From assembly GCA_964350985.1 (NCBI GenBank), contig CAYGLK010000001.1, forward strand, positions 91,018-155,017: DNA of 64,000 bases, in the 5' to 3' direction. A program made the position numbers and the translations under genes. This document shows positions 1 to 8,426 of this stretch, in pieces; within the stretch, counting starts at the first letter, position 1, and every line of letters begins with the position of its first letter. The notes beneath the pieces are model-generated. The model ran no database searches and was not told the origin of the DNA. It was given only the letters and a program-made list of their open reading frames with translations. The stretch comes from an uncultured Candidatus Saccharibacteria bacterium (lineage in GTDB: Bacteria > Patescibacteriota > Minisyncoccia > Phycocordibacterales > UBA918).

Positions 1-325
1 TTAGGTTCTGATAGCCAGCAAAAGTTCTCGCTAGTAAAACTACTCGAGCCCTCGGCTTGTCTATCTGTGCATCTTTATCATGTCTGGTTCGTGGAGCTAA
101 GTGAGCATCAATTCCGAGAATCGGTTTAATACCTTCTTTGGTACAGGCTTTATAAAAATCTATTAGTCCGTATAGAGCACCGTTGTCTGTGAGTGCCAAC
201 GAAGTCTGACCATCAGCTTTAGCGGCGTAAGCCAGCTCTTTTGGGGTTGGTAGGGCATTTAATAGGGAATAGTGAGAATGGGTATGCAGGTGAACAAAAG
301 TGTTTTTTGGAGTAGTTTCGGACAT
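1..325 (-). CDS. dnaE: DNA polymerase III alpha subunit, N-terminal PHP-domain portion (partial; gene continues beyond window start)
   Basis: Reverse-strand translation MSETTPKNTFVHLHTHSHYSLLNALPTPKELAYAAKADGQTSLALTDNGALYGLIDFYKACTKEGIKPILGIDAHLAP matches the PHP domain start of DnaE (HxHxxYSxLDG motif). Confidence 0.7.
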   Translation of the reverse strand, partial: MSETTPKNTFVHLHTHSHYSLLNALPTPKELAYAAKADGQTSLALTDNGALYGLIDFYKACTKEGIKPILGIDAHLAPRTRHDKDAQIDKPRARVVLLARTFAGYQNL

Positions 326-448
326 GTTGAGGCTAGTATACCACTCACCGCGACCTCTCGCCAAAAGTCTTTTTGTCAGTTTGATTTATACGTTTTTCAA
401 TGCTTTAATCTCCTGGGATAAGTATCAAGCTGGAATCTAATAAGGGGA

Positions 449-868
449 ATGACCTTGGACATCTTTTCTTTCGTGGTTGATAATTATTTTGGATTTATCA
501 CCTCATGGTGGTGGGTCAGTATTTGGGTAGTTTCTTTTGTCTCATTTACTGCGATTCTACTCCGAGATTCTTACCTTAGCTTTACAAAGTGGGAAGCGGC
601 GACATTTTCTCTTATTGCCTTGGTCAGTATCGTTCCATTTCTTGAAAATATTACCCACGGCGCATCAAGGACTGAGTTTTTTAGTAGGTGGAATTACATT
701 GCTGTAGAGTCGCATGGTTACCATTCTCGCTTTAGTTCCTTCAAATTTTTTGTGTTCTGTGTCTTATTGACCACTTACTGGTTCGCCCCTATATGGCTCA
801 TCCAGATCTGGATTTCACGCATTTACTTGATCCTGAAAATTAAATGGGAGATGCGTAATTGGAAATAA
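449..868 (+). CDS. hypothetical Trp-rich membrane protein
   Basis: 139-aa ORF with several hydrophobic segments. No recognisable domain. Confidence 0.3.
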   Translation: MTLDIFSFVVDNYFGFITSWWWVSIWVVSFVSFTAILLRDSYLSFTKWEAATFSLIALVSIVPFLENITHGASRTEFFSRWNYIAVESHGYHSRFSSFKFFVFCVLLTTYWFAPIWLIQIWISRIYLILKIKWEMRNWK

Positions 869-932
869 AAGCCCTGCATTGAAGCCAGCCTTCATGTGGG
901 GTTTCTTTGTAGTAATTTGTTATACTTGGCCA

Positions 933-1298
933 ATGGAAAAAATAAGATCATACGCCTTTGATTTTGACGGGGTTATTGCTAAATATGATGGCTTCAAGGG
1001 AGTAGGTCATTTTGGTGAGCCAAACGAATCTGTTGTTGCAGCTATTCGACAGTTAAGTCAGGCTGGACACAAGATAATTCTGCATTCTACTCGAGGTGAA
1101 GAAGCTTTACGAAAGTATTGTTTGGAAAATGATATTCCTATTGATTACTTTAATCATAATCCCGACCTAGAAGGTGAAAATCCAGGAAAGCCGATAGCTT
1201 TTGTATATGTAGACGATCGGGCTATTTGCTATCGTGGTCAAACGACTAAAGAGTTGGTGAAAGAAATCACTGAGTTCAAAGCTTATTGGCAAAAATAA
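933..1298 (+). CDS. HAD-superfamily hydrolase (small)
   Basis: Motif I FDFDGVI near the N-terminus. Start chosen at the internal Met MEKIRSYAFDFDGVIA. Confidence 0.55.
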   Translation: MEKIRSYAFDFDGVIAKYDGFKGVGHFGEPNESVVAAIRQLSQAGHKIILHSTRGEEALRKYCLENDIPIDYFNHNPDLEGENPGKPIAFVYVDDRAICYRGQTTKELVKEITEFKAYWQK

Positions 1299-1338
1299 GG
1301 TCTAACTTTTTCCTTTCGGATGTAGTTAAAAACAATGG

Positions 1339-1692
1339 ATGCACCCGCCTAAGGAGAGCGTTGTGAAAGAAGACATCATTAAAGCTGATGGTATTCGTTT
1401 TTCTGTTTCAGACGACGGCAAAGAAGTTGGTCGAGCCTATCTTTATCCCTTAAAAAATGATCTACATTCACGTCCTTTCGGACTACTTGAAGATGTTTAC
1501 GTGGATGAGAAATATAGAGGCAAGGGGGTAGCAAGTCAGCTTTTGGAAGCCGTAACGCAAAAGGCCAAGGCTTTGAATTGCTATAAGCTGATAGCTACAA
1601 GTCGCAATGACGGCACTCGACAAGCAGTCCATGACTGGTACTTGAGATTAGGTTTTGCGGATTATGGAACCGAGTTTCGAATCAATTTCTAA
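1339..1692 (+). CDS. GNAT family N-acetyltransferase
   Basis: Acetyl-CoA binding motif A, VDEKYRGKGVASQLLEAV, followed by the typical C-terminal Y-containing segment. Confidence 0.6.
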   Translation: MHPPKESVVKEDIIKADGIRFSVSDDGKEVGRAYLYPLKNDLHSRPFGLLEDVYVDEKYRGKGVASQLLEAVTQKAKALNCYKLIATSRNDGTRQAVHDWYLRLGFADYGTEFRINF

Positions 1693-1750
1693 GCACATGA
1701 GCGCCAGGCAACTGGTGCTCCTTTGGTATTAAGTCACTACTTATTTTTTA

Positions 1751-2392
1751 ATGTATACTCACTTTGTGAAAAAAGCCGAATACACTATTGGTATCGATGA
1801 AGCAGGTCGGGGTCCTTTGGCTGGGCCGGTGGCTGTCGGCGTTGCTTTGGTGAAGAGTAATTTTTCCTGGACTAAGGAACTACCTGGAGTTAATGATAGT
1901 AAAAAATTATCAGCGTCTAAGCGAGATGATATTTTTCTTAAAGCCAAGCAGTTAAAAAAGAAAGGTTTGCTTGATTATCAAGTAGTACTAATGTCAGCTC
2001 AAATTATTGATCGTATTGGAATTGTGCCAGCCATTACTAAAGCGATGCATCAGGGTTTGAAAAAAATAATGCAACGCTCTGGTCTAAAAGAATATCAGGT
2101 GTTTGTAAAGCTAGATGGGGGGCTAAGGGCACCGGCTACATATATAAGTCAAGAAACTATTATAAAAGGAGATGCTAAAGAGAAAGTTATCGGACTGGCG
2201 TCAATTATGGCCAAGGTAACTCGGGATCAATACATGGAGAAGTTGGCTGTGAAGAAAGAGTTTGTTGTCTATGATTTTGCAAAACATAAAGGTTACGGCA
2301 CCAAGATCCATAGGGAATCCATTGCCGGAAATGGGCTTTCTTTGGAACATAGGGTTAGTTTCTGCCGGAATATAAAGCTTAAGGCTAATTAG
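1751..2392 (+). CDS. rnhB: ribonuclease HII
   Basis: IGIDEAGRGPLAGPV active-site motif at the N-terminus. Length 213 aa. Confidence 0.85.
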   Translation: MYTHFVKKAEYTIGIDEAGRGPLAGPVAVGVALVKSNFSWTKELPGVNDSKKLSASKRDDIFLKAKQLKKKGLLDYQVVLMSAQIIDRIGIVPAITKAMHQGLKKIMQRSGLKEYQVFVKLDGGLRAPATYISQETIIKGDAKEKVIGLASIMAKVTRDQYMEKLAVKKEFVVYDFAKHKGYGTKIHRESIAGNGLSLEHRVSFCRNIKLKAN

Positions 2393-2518
2393 TTCAGTTT
2401 GTTGCCTGAACTAGCTTAAATTAGCTGATTGTGTAGTATTTACATATAAGTGAGTCTTTTGACTCCAGGGGGACTAAATAGTTGCTTTTTTACAAGGATT
2501 TGTTATAGTTTCGCCACT

Positions 2519-2800
2519 ATGGTAATTCGAATGCGGCACACGCGGTCTCACACCGCTAATAGACGTTCTCATCATGCTTTAACAGCGCCTAATATGGCTG
2601 TGTGTAAGAATTGTGAAGGACACTATCGTCAACATCACATGTGTTTAAATTGTGGTTTTTATAAAGGTAGAGTTGTAACTGACCTACTAACGAAAAAGAA
2701 AGAACGAGAAGAACGAATCTCTAAGAAGAAAGAAGCGATTGGTGGGCAAGCAGCTGGTGATGAATCTCCAGTAGCTGAAGTAGAATCAAAGACAAAATAA
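2519..2800 (+). CDS. rpmF: 50S ribosomal protein L32 with a Lys/Glu-rich C-terminal extension
   Basis: MVIRMRHTRSHTANRRSHHALTAP...CKNCEGHYRQHHMCLNCGFYKGRVV matches the L32 zinc-ribbon core. Start is at an internal Met of the ORF-track ORF. A ~35-aa KKKEREERISKKKE tail follows. Confidence 0.75.
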   Translation: MVIRMRHTRSHTANRRSHHALTAPNMAVCKNCEGHYRQHHMCLNCGFYKGRVVTDLLTKKKEREERISKKKEAIGGQAAGDESPVAEVESKTK

Positions 2801-2918
2801 ATATCGATCTAGAAAAGTCACCTGCATGGGGGCTTTTCTTTTTGTGGATTCATGACCTTTGTATCCGAAAGGGCATGGTACACTATTTTCAGGACAGATA
2901 AGTTTTAGTACATTTTTT

Positions 2919-3821
2919 ATGGCAAATAGGCACCTTTCGCGCAGTATAGTTCTTCAAGCACTCTTTGAGTGGGATTTAAATGCAATTGATAAAAAGGAAG
3001 TTATAAATATTTTAGATAGAAATATCGAAGAGTTTGCTCAAAACAAGACGGACCGACCTTTTATGGAGAAGCTCTTAAATGGGATTCTTGGAAAGCAAAC
3101 AGAACTAGATTTAGTAATTACTAAAGCTGCACCTGAGTGGCCTATTGATCGTATCTCTCCAGTTGATCGAAATATTTTAAGACTAGGATTGTTTGAACTC
3201 CTTTTCTCTGAGCGTTCTGAAGTGCCAGCTAAAGTGGCGATAAATGAAGCGATTGAATTAGCTAAGCAATTTGGGGGTGATAACAGTAGTCGTTTTGTAA
3301 ACGGTGTACTCGGCGCTGTCTATAAAGAGATCGGTGAGCCAGGAAAAGCTGAGACAAGCAAGCAGCGTAAAAAAGACGTTCCGTTTGATCAGATGCCAAT
3401 TGAAAGACTTGCCGGTGCTGTGGTCTATGCTGAATCAGGTGGGCAGATGTACTTTGCTTTGGTCCACGATATCTTTGGTCACTGGACTCTGTCTAAGAGT
3501 AAGGTAGCTGAAAACGAGACTGTTGAACAAGGAGCTGTACGAGCTCTTAAGGAAGAGATTGGTTTGCCAGTAGAGATTGAAGCTGAATTAGGTAATAATG
3601 AATATATCGCCACTCAGCCAGAAAAAGGAAAGGTACGAAAGCAAGTACACTATTTCTTAGCTAAAGCCCCGTATCAAGACATTGCTTTGGCAAAGAAAGG
3701 CGGCTTAGATGACGCTCGATGGTTTAGAGTTTCTGATATTTTGAACCTTAATTTCTATGAGGATATTCTACCGATTGTAACCAAGGCTATTACCATGTTG
3801 GTTGGCAGAAGCGGCAAATAG
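2919..3821 (+). CDS. nusB: transcription antitermination factor NusB fused to a C-terminal Nudix hydrolase domain
   Basis: N-terminal ~148 aa (MANRHLSRSIVLQALFEWDL ... FVNGVLGAVYKE) is a complete NusB. The C-terminal ~140 aa carries a Nudix box, ETVEQGAVRALKEEIGL. Start is at an internal Met of the ORF. Confidence 0.75.
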   Translation: MANRHLSRSIVLQALFEWDLNAIDKKEVINILDRNIEEFAQNKTDRPFMEKLLNGILGKQTELDLVITKAAPEWPIDRISPVDRNILRLGLFELLFSERSEVPAKVAINEAIELAKQFGGDNSSRFVNGVLGAVYKEIGEPGKAETSKQRKKDVPFDQMPIERLAGAVVYAESGGQMYFALVHDIFGHWTLSKSKVAENETVEQGAVRALKEEIGLPVEIEAELGNNEYIATQPEKGKVRKQVHYFLAKAPYQDIALAKKGGLDDARWFRVSDILNLNFYEDILPIVTKAITMLVGRSGK

Positions 3822-3853
3822 TGATAATCTCACCAAATAACCCCCAATTATCT

Positions 3854-4570
3854 ATGTCAGAAAGAAATCTTGAAGCGGATTTGTTGTCACTCCAGACCTT
3901 GGTTGGAGTTACTTTTAGTAACCCGAAGATCTTACTTTCAGCGGTAACACACCGATCTTATTTAAATGAACACCGCGAGGCTGACTGGGAGCATAACGAA
4001 AGATTGGAATTCTTGGGAGATGCGGTTTTAGAACTAGCAGTGACGACATTTTTGTTCGATAAATATCCTGATAAGCCAGAAGGAGAGCTAACAGCTATTA
4101 GAGCAGCTTTGGTAAACACAAACTCTCTGGCAGCAGCCTCAGAGCTTCTAGGTATCAATCAGTATCTCTTAATGTCTAAGGGTGAATCAAAAGATGAAGG
4201 GCGAGCACGACAGTATATCTTGGCAAATGTATTTGAGTCTTGTATTGGAGCTATCTATATTGACCAAGGTTACGAAGCTGCAAAGAAGTTTATTGCTGAC
4301 AGACTTTTTGGTAACACAGAAGAGATTGTTGCAAACAAAACCTGGCAAGACGCTAAGAGTCGCTTCCAAGAACTTTCACAAGACAGAGCTTCAATCACTC
4401 CAACATATGAGACCTTATCTCAAGATGGTCCCGACCATGACCGAGTCTTTACAGTAGGAGTATTTTTACGACATGAAAAAGTAGCGGAAGGAAAAGGTCG
4501 TTCGAAACAAGAAGCTGAACAAGAAGCAGCTAAAGCTGGTATCAAAGCTAAAGAGTGGGATCAGGAATAA
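3854..4570 (+). CDS. rnc: ribonuclease III
   Basis: RNase III signature ERLEFLGDAVLEL. C-terminal dsRBD-like region with an AEGKGRSKQEAEQEAA motif. Confidence 0.85.
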   Translation: MSERNLEADLLSLQTLVGVTFSNPKILLSAVTHRSYLNEHREADWEHNERLEFLGDAVLELAVTTFLFDKYPDKPEGELTAIRAALVNTNSLAAASELLGINQYLLMSKGESKDEGRARQYILANVFESCIGAIYIDQGYEAAKKFIADRLFGNTEEIVANKTWQDAKSRFQELSQDRASITPTYETLSQDGPDHDRVFTVGVFLRHEKVAEGKGRSKQEAEQEAAKAGIKAKEWDQE

Positions 4571-4591
4571 TTAAATATATTAAAAGTAAAA

Positions 4592-4618
4592 ATCCCCTTA
4601 AGGGGATTTTTACTTTTT
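4592..4618 (+). terminator. rho-independent terminator after rnc
   Basis: Hairpin AAATCCCCTTAAGGGGATTT followed by a T-tract. Confidence 0.6.
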
Positions 4619-4665
4619 AACCCACTACTTCAAGCTTTTGAGGCAAGTCTGCGTGTTATAATTTT

Positions 4666-5436
4666 TTGATGAATCTCAGCCGTTTAAACAAAACTACTAC
4701 TGGACTTACTTTGATTGAAATCTTGGTAGTGGTTGCGATTGTCGGTATTTTAGCTGCTGTTATTGCGGTAAATGCGATTGAGTCAGGAAAGCTGTCTCGA
4801 GATGCTAAAAGGCAAGCTGATCTTAGATCACTGCAAAGTGCTATTGAGTTGTATAAAAATAAAGAAGGAAGGTATCCTTATGGTTGCAATGCCCCTGAAG
4901 GATCATGGAGTGACGTATGGTCAGGGCAAATAACTAGCGTCGACTACAGATGTACAAATGGAAGTACACAGTATATTAACGGTTTGGCTCCTAAGTACAT
5001 TCCAACACTACCTCAAGATCAAAGGCTAAATGGAAATAATTCTGGTTATGTATACCGTACGAATGCCGCAGGAACTGTTTATAAATTGATGGCAATGAGA
5101 ACCGTGGAGGCAGATTCAGTAGATTATAATCATGAATTTAAGAGCTGTGACATTAGGCCGGATGTTGCTGGAAAATTACAAAATCTTGGGGCTTCGGGTG
5201 TGGATACTTCTGGATGGTGTGCCACAGCAACTGAAGCAGCTCTCGATCCAGCAGGACAAGTGTCAACATATAATCCTATACCAGGGTGTCGAATGAATAG
5301 TGGAATCAATGTAGCGGATAATGGTAATGGACGCTTTGAAATATCTTACGGTGTTTGGGGAGGTTTTGCTGAGGAGATGACTGGTCCACATAGAGCTGCC
5401 GAAGTAAGAGAGACTGCGAGAGTTATTTGTAAATAA
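4666..5436 (+). CDS. type IV pilin / prepilin-type N-terminal cleavage-methylation domain protein
   Basis: N-terminal TGLTLIEILVVVAIVGILAA is a class III signal peptide with the G/LTLIE motif. Cys pairs in the C-terminal globular part. Confidence 0.7.
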   Translation: MMNLSRLNKTTTGLTLIEILVVVAIVGILAAVIAVNAIESGKLSRDAKRQADLRSLQSAIELYKNKEGRYPYGCNAPEGSWSDVWSGQITSVDYRCTNGSTQYINGLAPKYIPTLPQDQRLNGNNSGYVYRTNAAGTVYKLMAMRTVEADSVDYNHEFKSCDIRPDVAGKLQNLGASGVDTSGWCATATEAALDPAGQVSTYNPIPGCRMNSGINVADNGNGRFEISYGVWGGFAEEMTGPHRAAEVRETARVICK

Positions 5437-5441
5437 ACAAT

Positions 5442-5978
5442 ATGAAAATTTTAAATAAAAAACTAAACGGCTTTACCTTGATTGAGATCATGGTAGTGAT
5501 CGGGATCATTGGTATCCTCTCCGCTGTACTTTTTGCTAACTTTAGTGAAGCGCGAATGCAAGCTCGTGATAAAGCACGTATGACAACTTTGAAAGAAATG
5601 CAATTAGCGATTGAATTTTATAAGGCGCAAAATGGCAGTTACCCAGTTGCGGGATGTGGAGCGGTCGGAGATGCTTTCTCTGGACCTGGTCCACGTGTCG
5701 GCTTGCTTACTTCATGTCCCCTTTATATTGAAGGATTAGTTCCGGATTTTATTTCCGTATTACCTAATGATCCTGTCTTTGAACAGGAAGCTGGAAGAGG
5801 ATATTACTATGCGTCTAATGAAACGAGTTATAAATTAATGTCGCTAGATAGTGTAGAAGTTTTAACTGTGTCACTAGGTGATGAGTTTGCTCGCTGTCCT
5901 AGTGCAACCGGTGCTTGTTCTGGCGGAATCCCAACAAACACCTACGCGGTCTATAGTTCTGGAGCAGAAGCTTGGTAA
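5442..5978 (+). CDS. type IV pilin / pseudopilin (paralog of the upstream gene)
   Basis: NGFTLIEIMVVIGIIGILSA prepilin motif. Shares the QARD...AIE.YK..G.YP core with the preceding pilin. Confidence 0.7.
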   Translation: MKILNKKLNGFTLIEIMVVIGIIGILSAVLFANFSEARMQARDKARMTTLKEMQLAIEFYKAQNGSYPVAGCGAVGDAFSGPGPRVGLLTSCPLYIEGLVPDFISVLPNDPVFEQEAGRGYYYASNETSYKLMSLDSVEVLTVSLGDEFARCPSATGACSGGIPTNTYAVYSSGAEAW

Positions 5979-5994
5979 AATAATTTAAATTTAA

Positions 5995-8259
5995 ATGTAT
6001 CTCAAAGACTTAACAATTTCTGGATTTAAATCTTTCGCTAAGAAAGGGGAGTTAGAGTTCTCGGCTCCGATCACGGCTATTGTGGGTCCTAATGGTTCTG
6101 GAAAAAGTAATGTAGCTGAGTCTTTCAGGTTTGTGCTTGGTGAGCAGTCAGTTAAGTCGATGCGTGGTAAACGGGGAGAGGATTTAATTTGGGGCGGGTC
6201 TACACAAGTCTCTAGAGGTAATCGCGCCCATGTTACTGTCACGCTCGACAATAGTAAAAGAGTTTTTCCGCTCGATTTCTCTGAGATTAAGATTGAAAGA
6301 GTAGTAAACCGCGATGGGCAAAACGAATATATTTTAAATGGGTCGGTGGTGCGACTAAAAGACATCCAAGAACTATTAGCTTCAGCTAATATTGGATCAA
6401 CCGGACATCATATTATTTCGCAAGGTGAAGCTGATCGTATTTTGACAGCCAATCCAAAAGAAAGACGAGAGATGATTGAGGATGCTCTTGGTCTCAAGAT
6501 CTATCAATACAAACGACAAGAAGCAGAAAAGAAATTAACTAAGACTGTTGAGAACGTAGCTCAAGTAGAGTCTCTTAGACGTGAGTCAGCCCCGCACTTA
6601 AAGTATCTTGAAAAACAGGTACAGAAGATCGAGAAATCATTAGAACTGCAAGAAAAATTAAAGGGAGTTTATGCAGAGTATTTGAGACGTGAAGATATTT
6701 ATATTAGTAGTCATCATGACAGGCTAGAAGGAGAACTAAGAGAACCAAGAGAGGTATTAAAGAAAACAATTGATGACCTTAGTGAAGCTAAGAAAAAACT
6801 ACAAGAATCAGAATCAGGTAATGATTCAAAGGAGCTTATTCATGCTGAAGAAGAACTTCAAAAAGCGACCCATAGTCGACAGTCAGTCGAACGGGAATAT
6901 AGTAAGTGTGAAGGACAGATTGCTTTGCTAGAACGACGCTTGTCTGATTATGAAAAGCGAAGCAAAACTGAGACTGGTAAAGCGATTGCCTACGAAGATA
7001 TTTCTAGTTTGATCAAAGATATTGAACAGCAAGTTAGTAAAGCAGTACAAAAAGAAGAGGTTTCTTTTTTACAAAGAGCACTAACTGATATTGTCCATAA
7101 ACTAAAAGTCTTTATTGAGCGCTCAACAGTTGTGACTGATACTGGAGTAGAGTTTGATAAGGAAGAATTAGGAAGACTACAAAAAGAGATTGAGCAATTA
7201 AGCAAACAACTAGAAAAAGCCAAGCAAGACGAAGTAGGTGCTCGAAAAGGCTATGACGAGATGGAACAAAAGCGTCTACAAGAAGCCACAGATGGTCGTG
7301 AAGCCGAGCGGGCGGTGTTTAGGCTAGTAAGTGAGCAACGTGAGCTAGAAACTAAAATTGAACGCCTGGAGCGCGAGCTAGCGATACTTGATCGTGACCG
7401 TAATGAGTTCAAACAAGAGCTACAAGAAGCTGTAGCTTTGCTTGGTAGAGCAGCAGCTCAATACTATGACCAAGTAGTAAAGGATGAATCTGGAAAAGAA
7501 TTAACTGAGACAGATATTGTGAACGAGAGTCGTGATATTCAAAGAACTCGACGTCATGAATTGGAAAAATTAAAGATCCGTTTGGAAGAGCTTGGTATTG
7601 GTGCAACGGAAGATATTATAAAAGAATACAATGACGCTAAAGACCGTGACGCATTCTTAGCTCGAGAGATTACTGATCTGGAAAGCTCAATTGAGAAACT
7701 ACGTGAATTGATCGAAGAACTACAAGGAAAACTTGAAGAGCAATTTGTTGAAGGAATCAAAAAAATCTCAAGTGAATTTAATCGCTTCTTCACTTTGATG
7801 TTTGGTGGTGGAGAGGCAGAGTTGGTGACTGTGACTACTAAGTCTCGCGCAGTGACAGAAGATGATCTGATGGAAGAAGGGGATGATGAAGAAAAGAAAA
7901 AAGAAGATGGTATTGAACTAGTGGCTAAGTTGCCAAACAAGCGCGTTAAGGGACTAGAGATGCTTTCTGGAGGAGAGAGAGCTCTGACTTCGATTGCACT
8001 TATTTTTGCAATGTCACAAGTAAACCCTCCGCCATTTATTATCTTGGACGAGACTGATGCTGCTTTGGACGAAGCTAACAGCCGTCGCTATGGAGACATG
8101 ATTGAAGAATTGGCTAAGAAGTCTCAATTAATTTTAATTACTCACAATCGGGAGACTATGAGTCGCGCAGGTATTCTATACGGGGTAACAATGGGGAGTG
8201 ACGGAATTTCTAAATTACTTTCAGTAAAGTTTGATGAGGCGGTGGCGGTGGCTAAATAA
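5995..8259 (+). CDS. smc: chromosome segregation protein SMC, short (754 aa) hinge-less form
   Basis: Canonical SMC N-terminus MYLKDLTISGFKSFA...IVGPNGSGKSN and QGEADRILTANPKERREMIEDALGL. C-terminal signature LSGGERALTSIAL plus Walker B FIILDETDAALD. The middle ~450 aa is continuous predicted coiled coil with no Gly-rich hinge. Position after rnc matches the rnc-smc order seen in Firmicutes. Confidence 0.8.
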   Translation: MYLKDLTISGFKSFAKKGELEFSAPITAIVGPNGSGKSNVAESFRFVLGEQSVKSMRGKRGEDLIWGGSTQVSRGNRAHVTVTLDNSKRVFPLDFSEIKIERVVNRDGQNEYILNGSVVRLKDIQELLASANIGSTGHHIISQGEADRILTANPKERREMIEDALGLKIYQYKRQEAEKKLTKTVENVAQVESLRRESAPHLKYLEKQVQKIEKSLELQEKLKGVYAEYLRREDIYISSHHDRLEGELREPREVLKKTIDDLSEAKKKLQESESGNDSKELIHAEEELQKATHSRQSVEREYSKCEGQIALLERRLSDYEKRSKTETGKAIAYEDISSLIKDIEQQVSKAVQKEEVSFLQRALTDIVHKLKVFIERSTVVTDTGVEFDKEELGRLQKEIEQLSKQLEKAKQDEVGARKGYDEMEQKRLQEATDGREAERAVFRLVSEQRELETKIERLERELAILDRDRNEFKQELQEAVALLGRAAAQYYDQVVKDESGKELTETDIVNESRDIQRTRRHELEKLKIRLEELGIGATEDIIKEYNDAKDRDAFLAREITDLESSIEKLRELIEELQGKLEEQFVEGIKKISSEFNRFFTLMFGGGEAELVTVTTKSRAVTEDDLMEEGDDEEKKKEDGIELVAKLPNKRVKGLEMLSGGERALTSIALIFAMSQVNPPPFIILDETDAALDEANSRRYGDMIEELAKKSQLILITHNRETMSRAGILYGVTMGSDGISKLLSVKFDEAVAVAK

Positions 8260-8261
8260 TT

Positions 8262-8420
8262 ATGAGTAATAATCAAACACAAACCGTTGAGCAGATTATG
8301 GAGGACACTCAACACCTCCTTCATTTACTTGCTGAAGAGCAGTTAGTAATTAGAGAAATGGTTGAAACAAGATATCGTGAACTACATGATAAAGACATTT
8401 CAGAACCTTCTGACAATTAA
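8262..8420 (+). CDS. small hypothetical protein (52 aa)
   Basis: ATG-initiated ORF MSNNQTQTVEQIMEDTQHLLHLLAEEQLVIREMVETRYRELHDKDISEPSDN filling the smc-downstream gap. Too short for the ORF track; speculative. Confidence 0.25.
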   Translation: MSNNQTQTVEQIMEDTQHLLHLLAEEQLVIREMVETRYRELHDKDISEPSDN

Positions 8421-8426
8421 AATGTT

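Noticed and set aside
4666-5978. Idea that the two pilin genes plus smc form a competence or defence island
   Set aside because: The prepilins are standard N-methylation-motif pilins, and smc is in its conserved rnc-adjacent position. Nothing supports a defence role.
5991-8324. Antisense ORFs inside smc (5991-6365, 6990-7223, 7409-7606, 7554-7940, 8142-8324) and similar ones inside rpoB, rpoC, the permease (29251-30405) and the KH-domain gene (13575-13853)
   Set aside because: They are embedded antisense within well-supported conserved genes. Their compositionally biased Ser-rich translations are typical of coiled-coil antisense frames.
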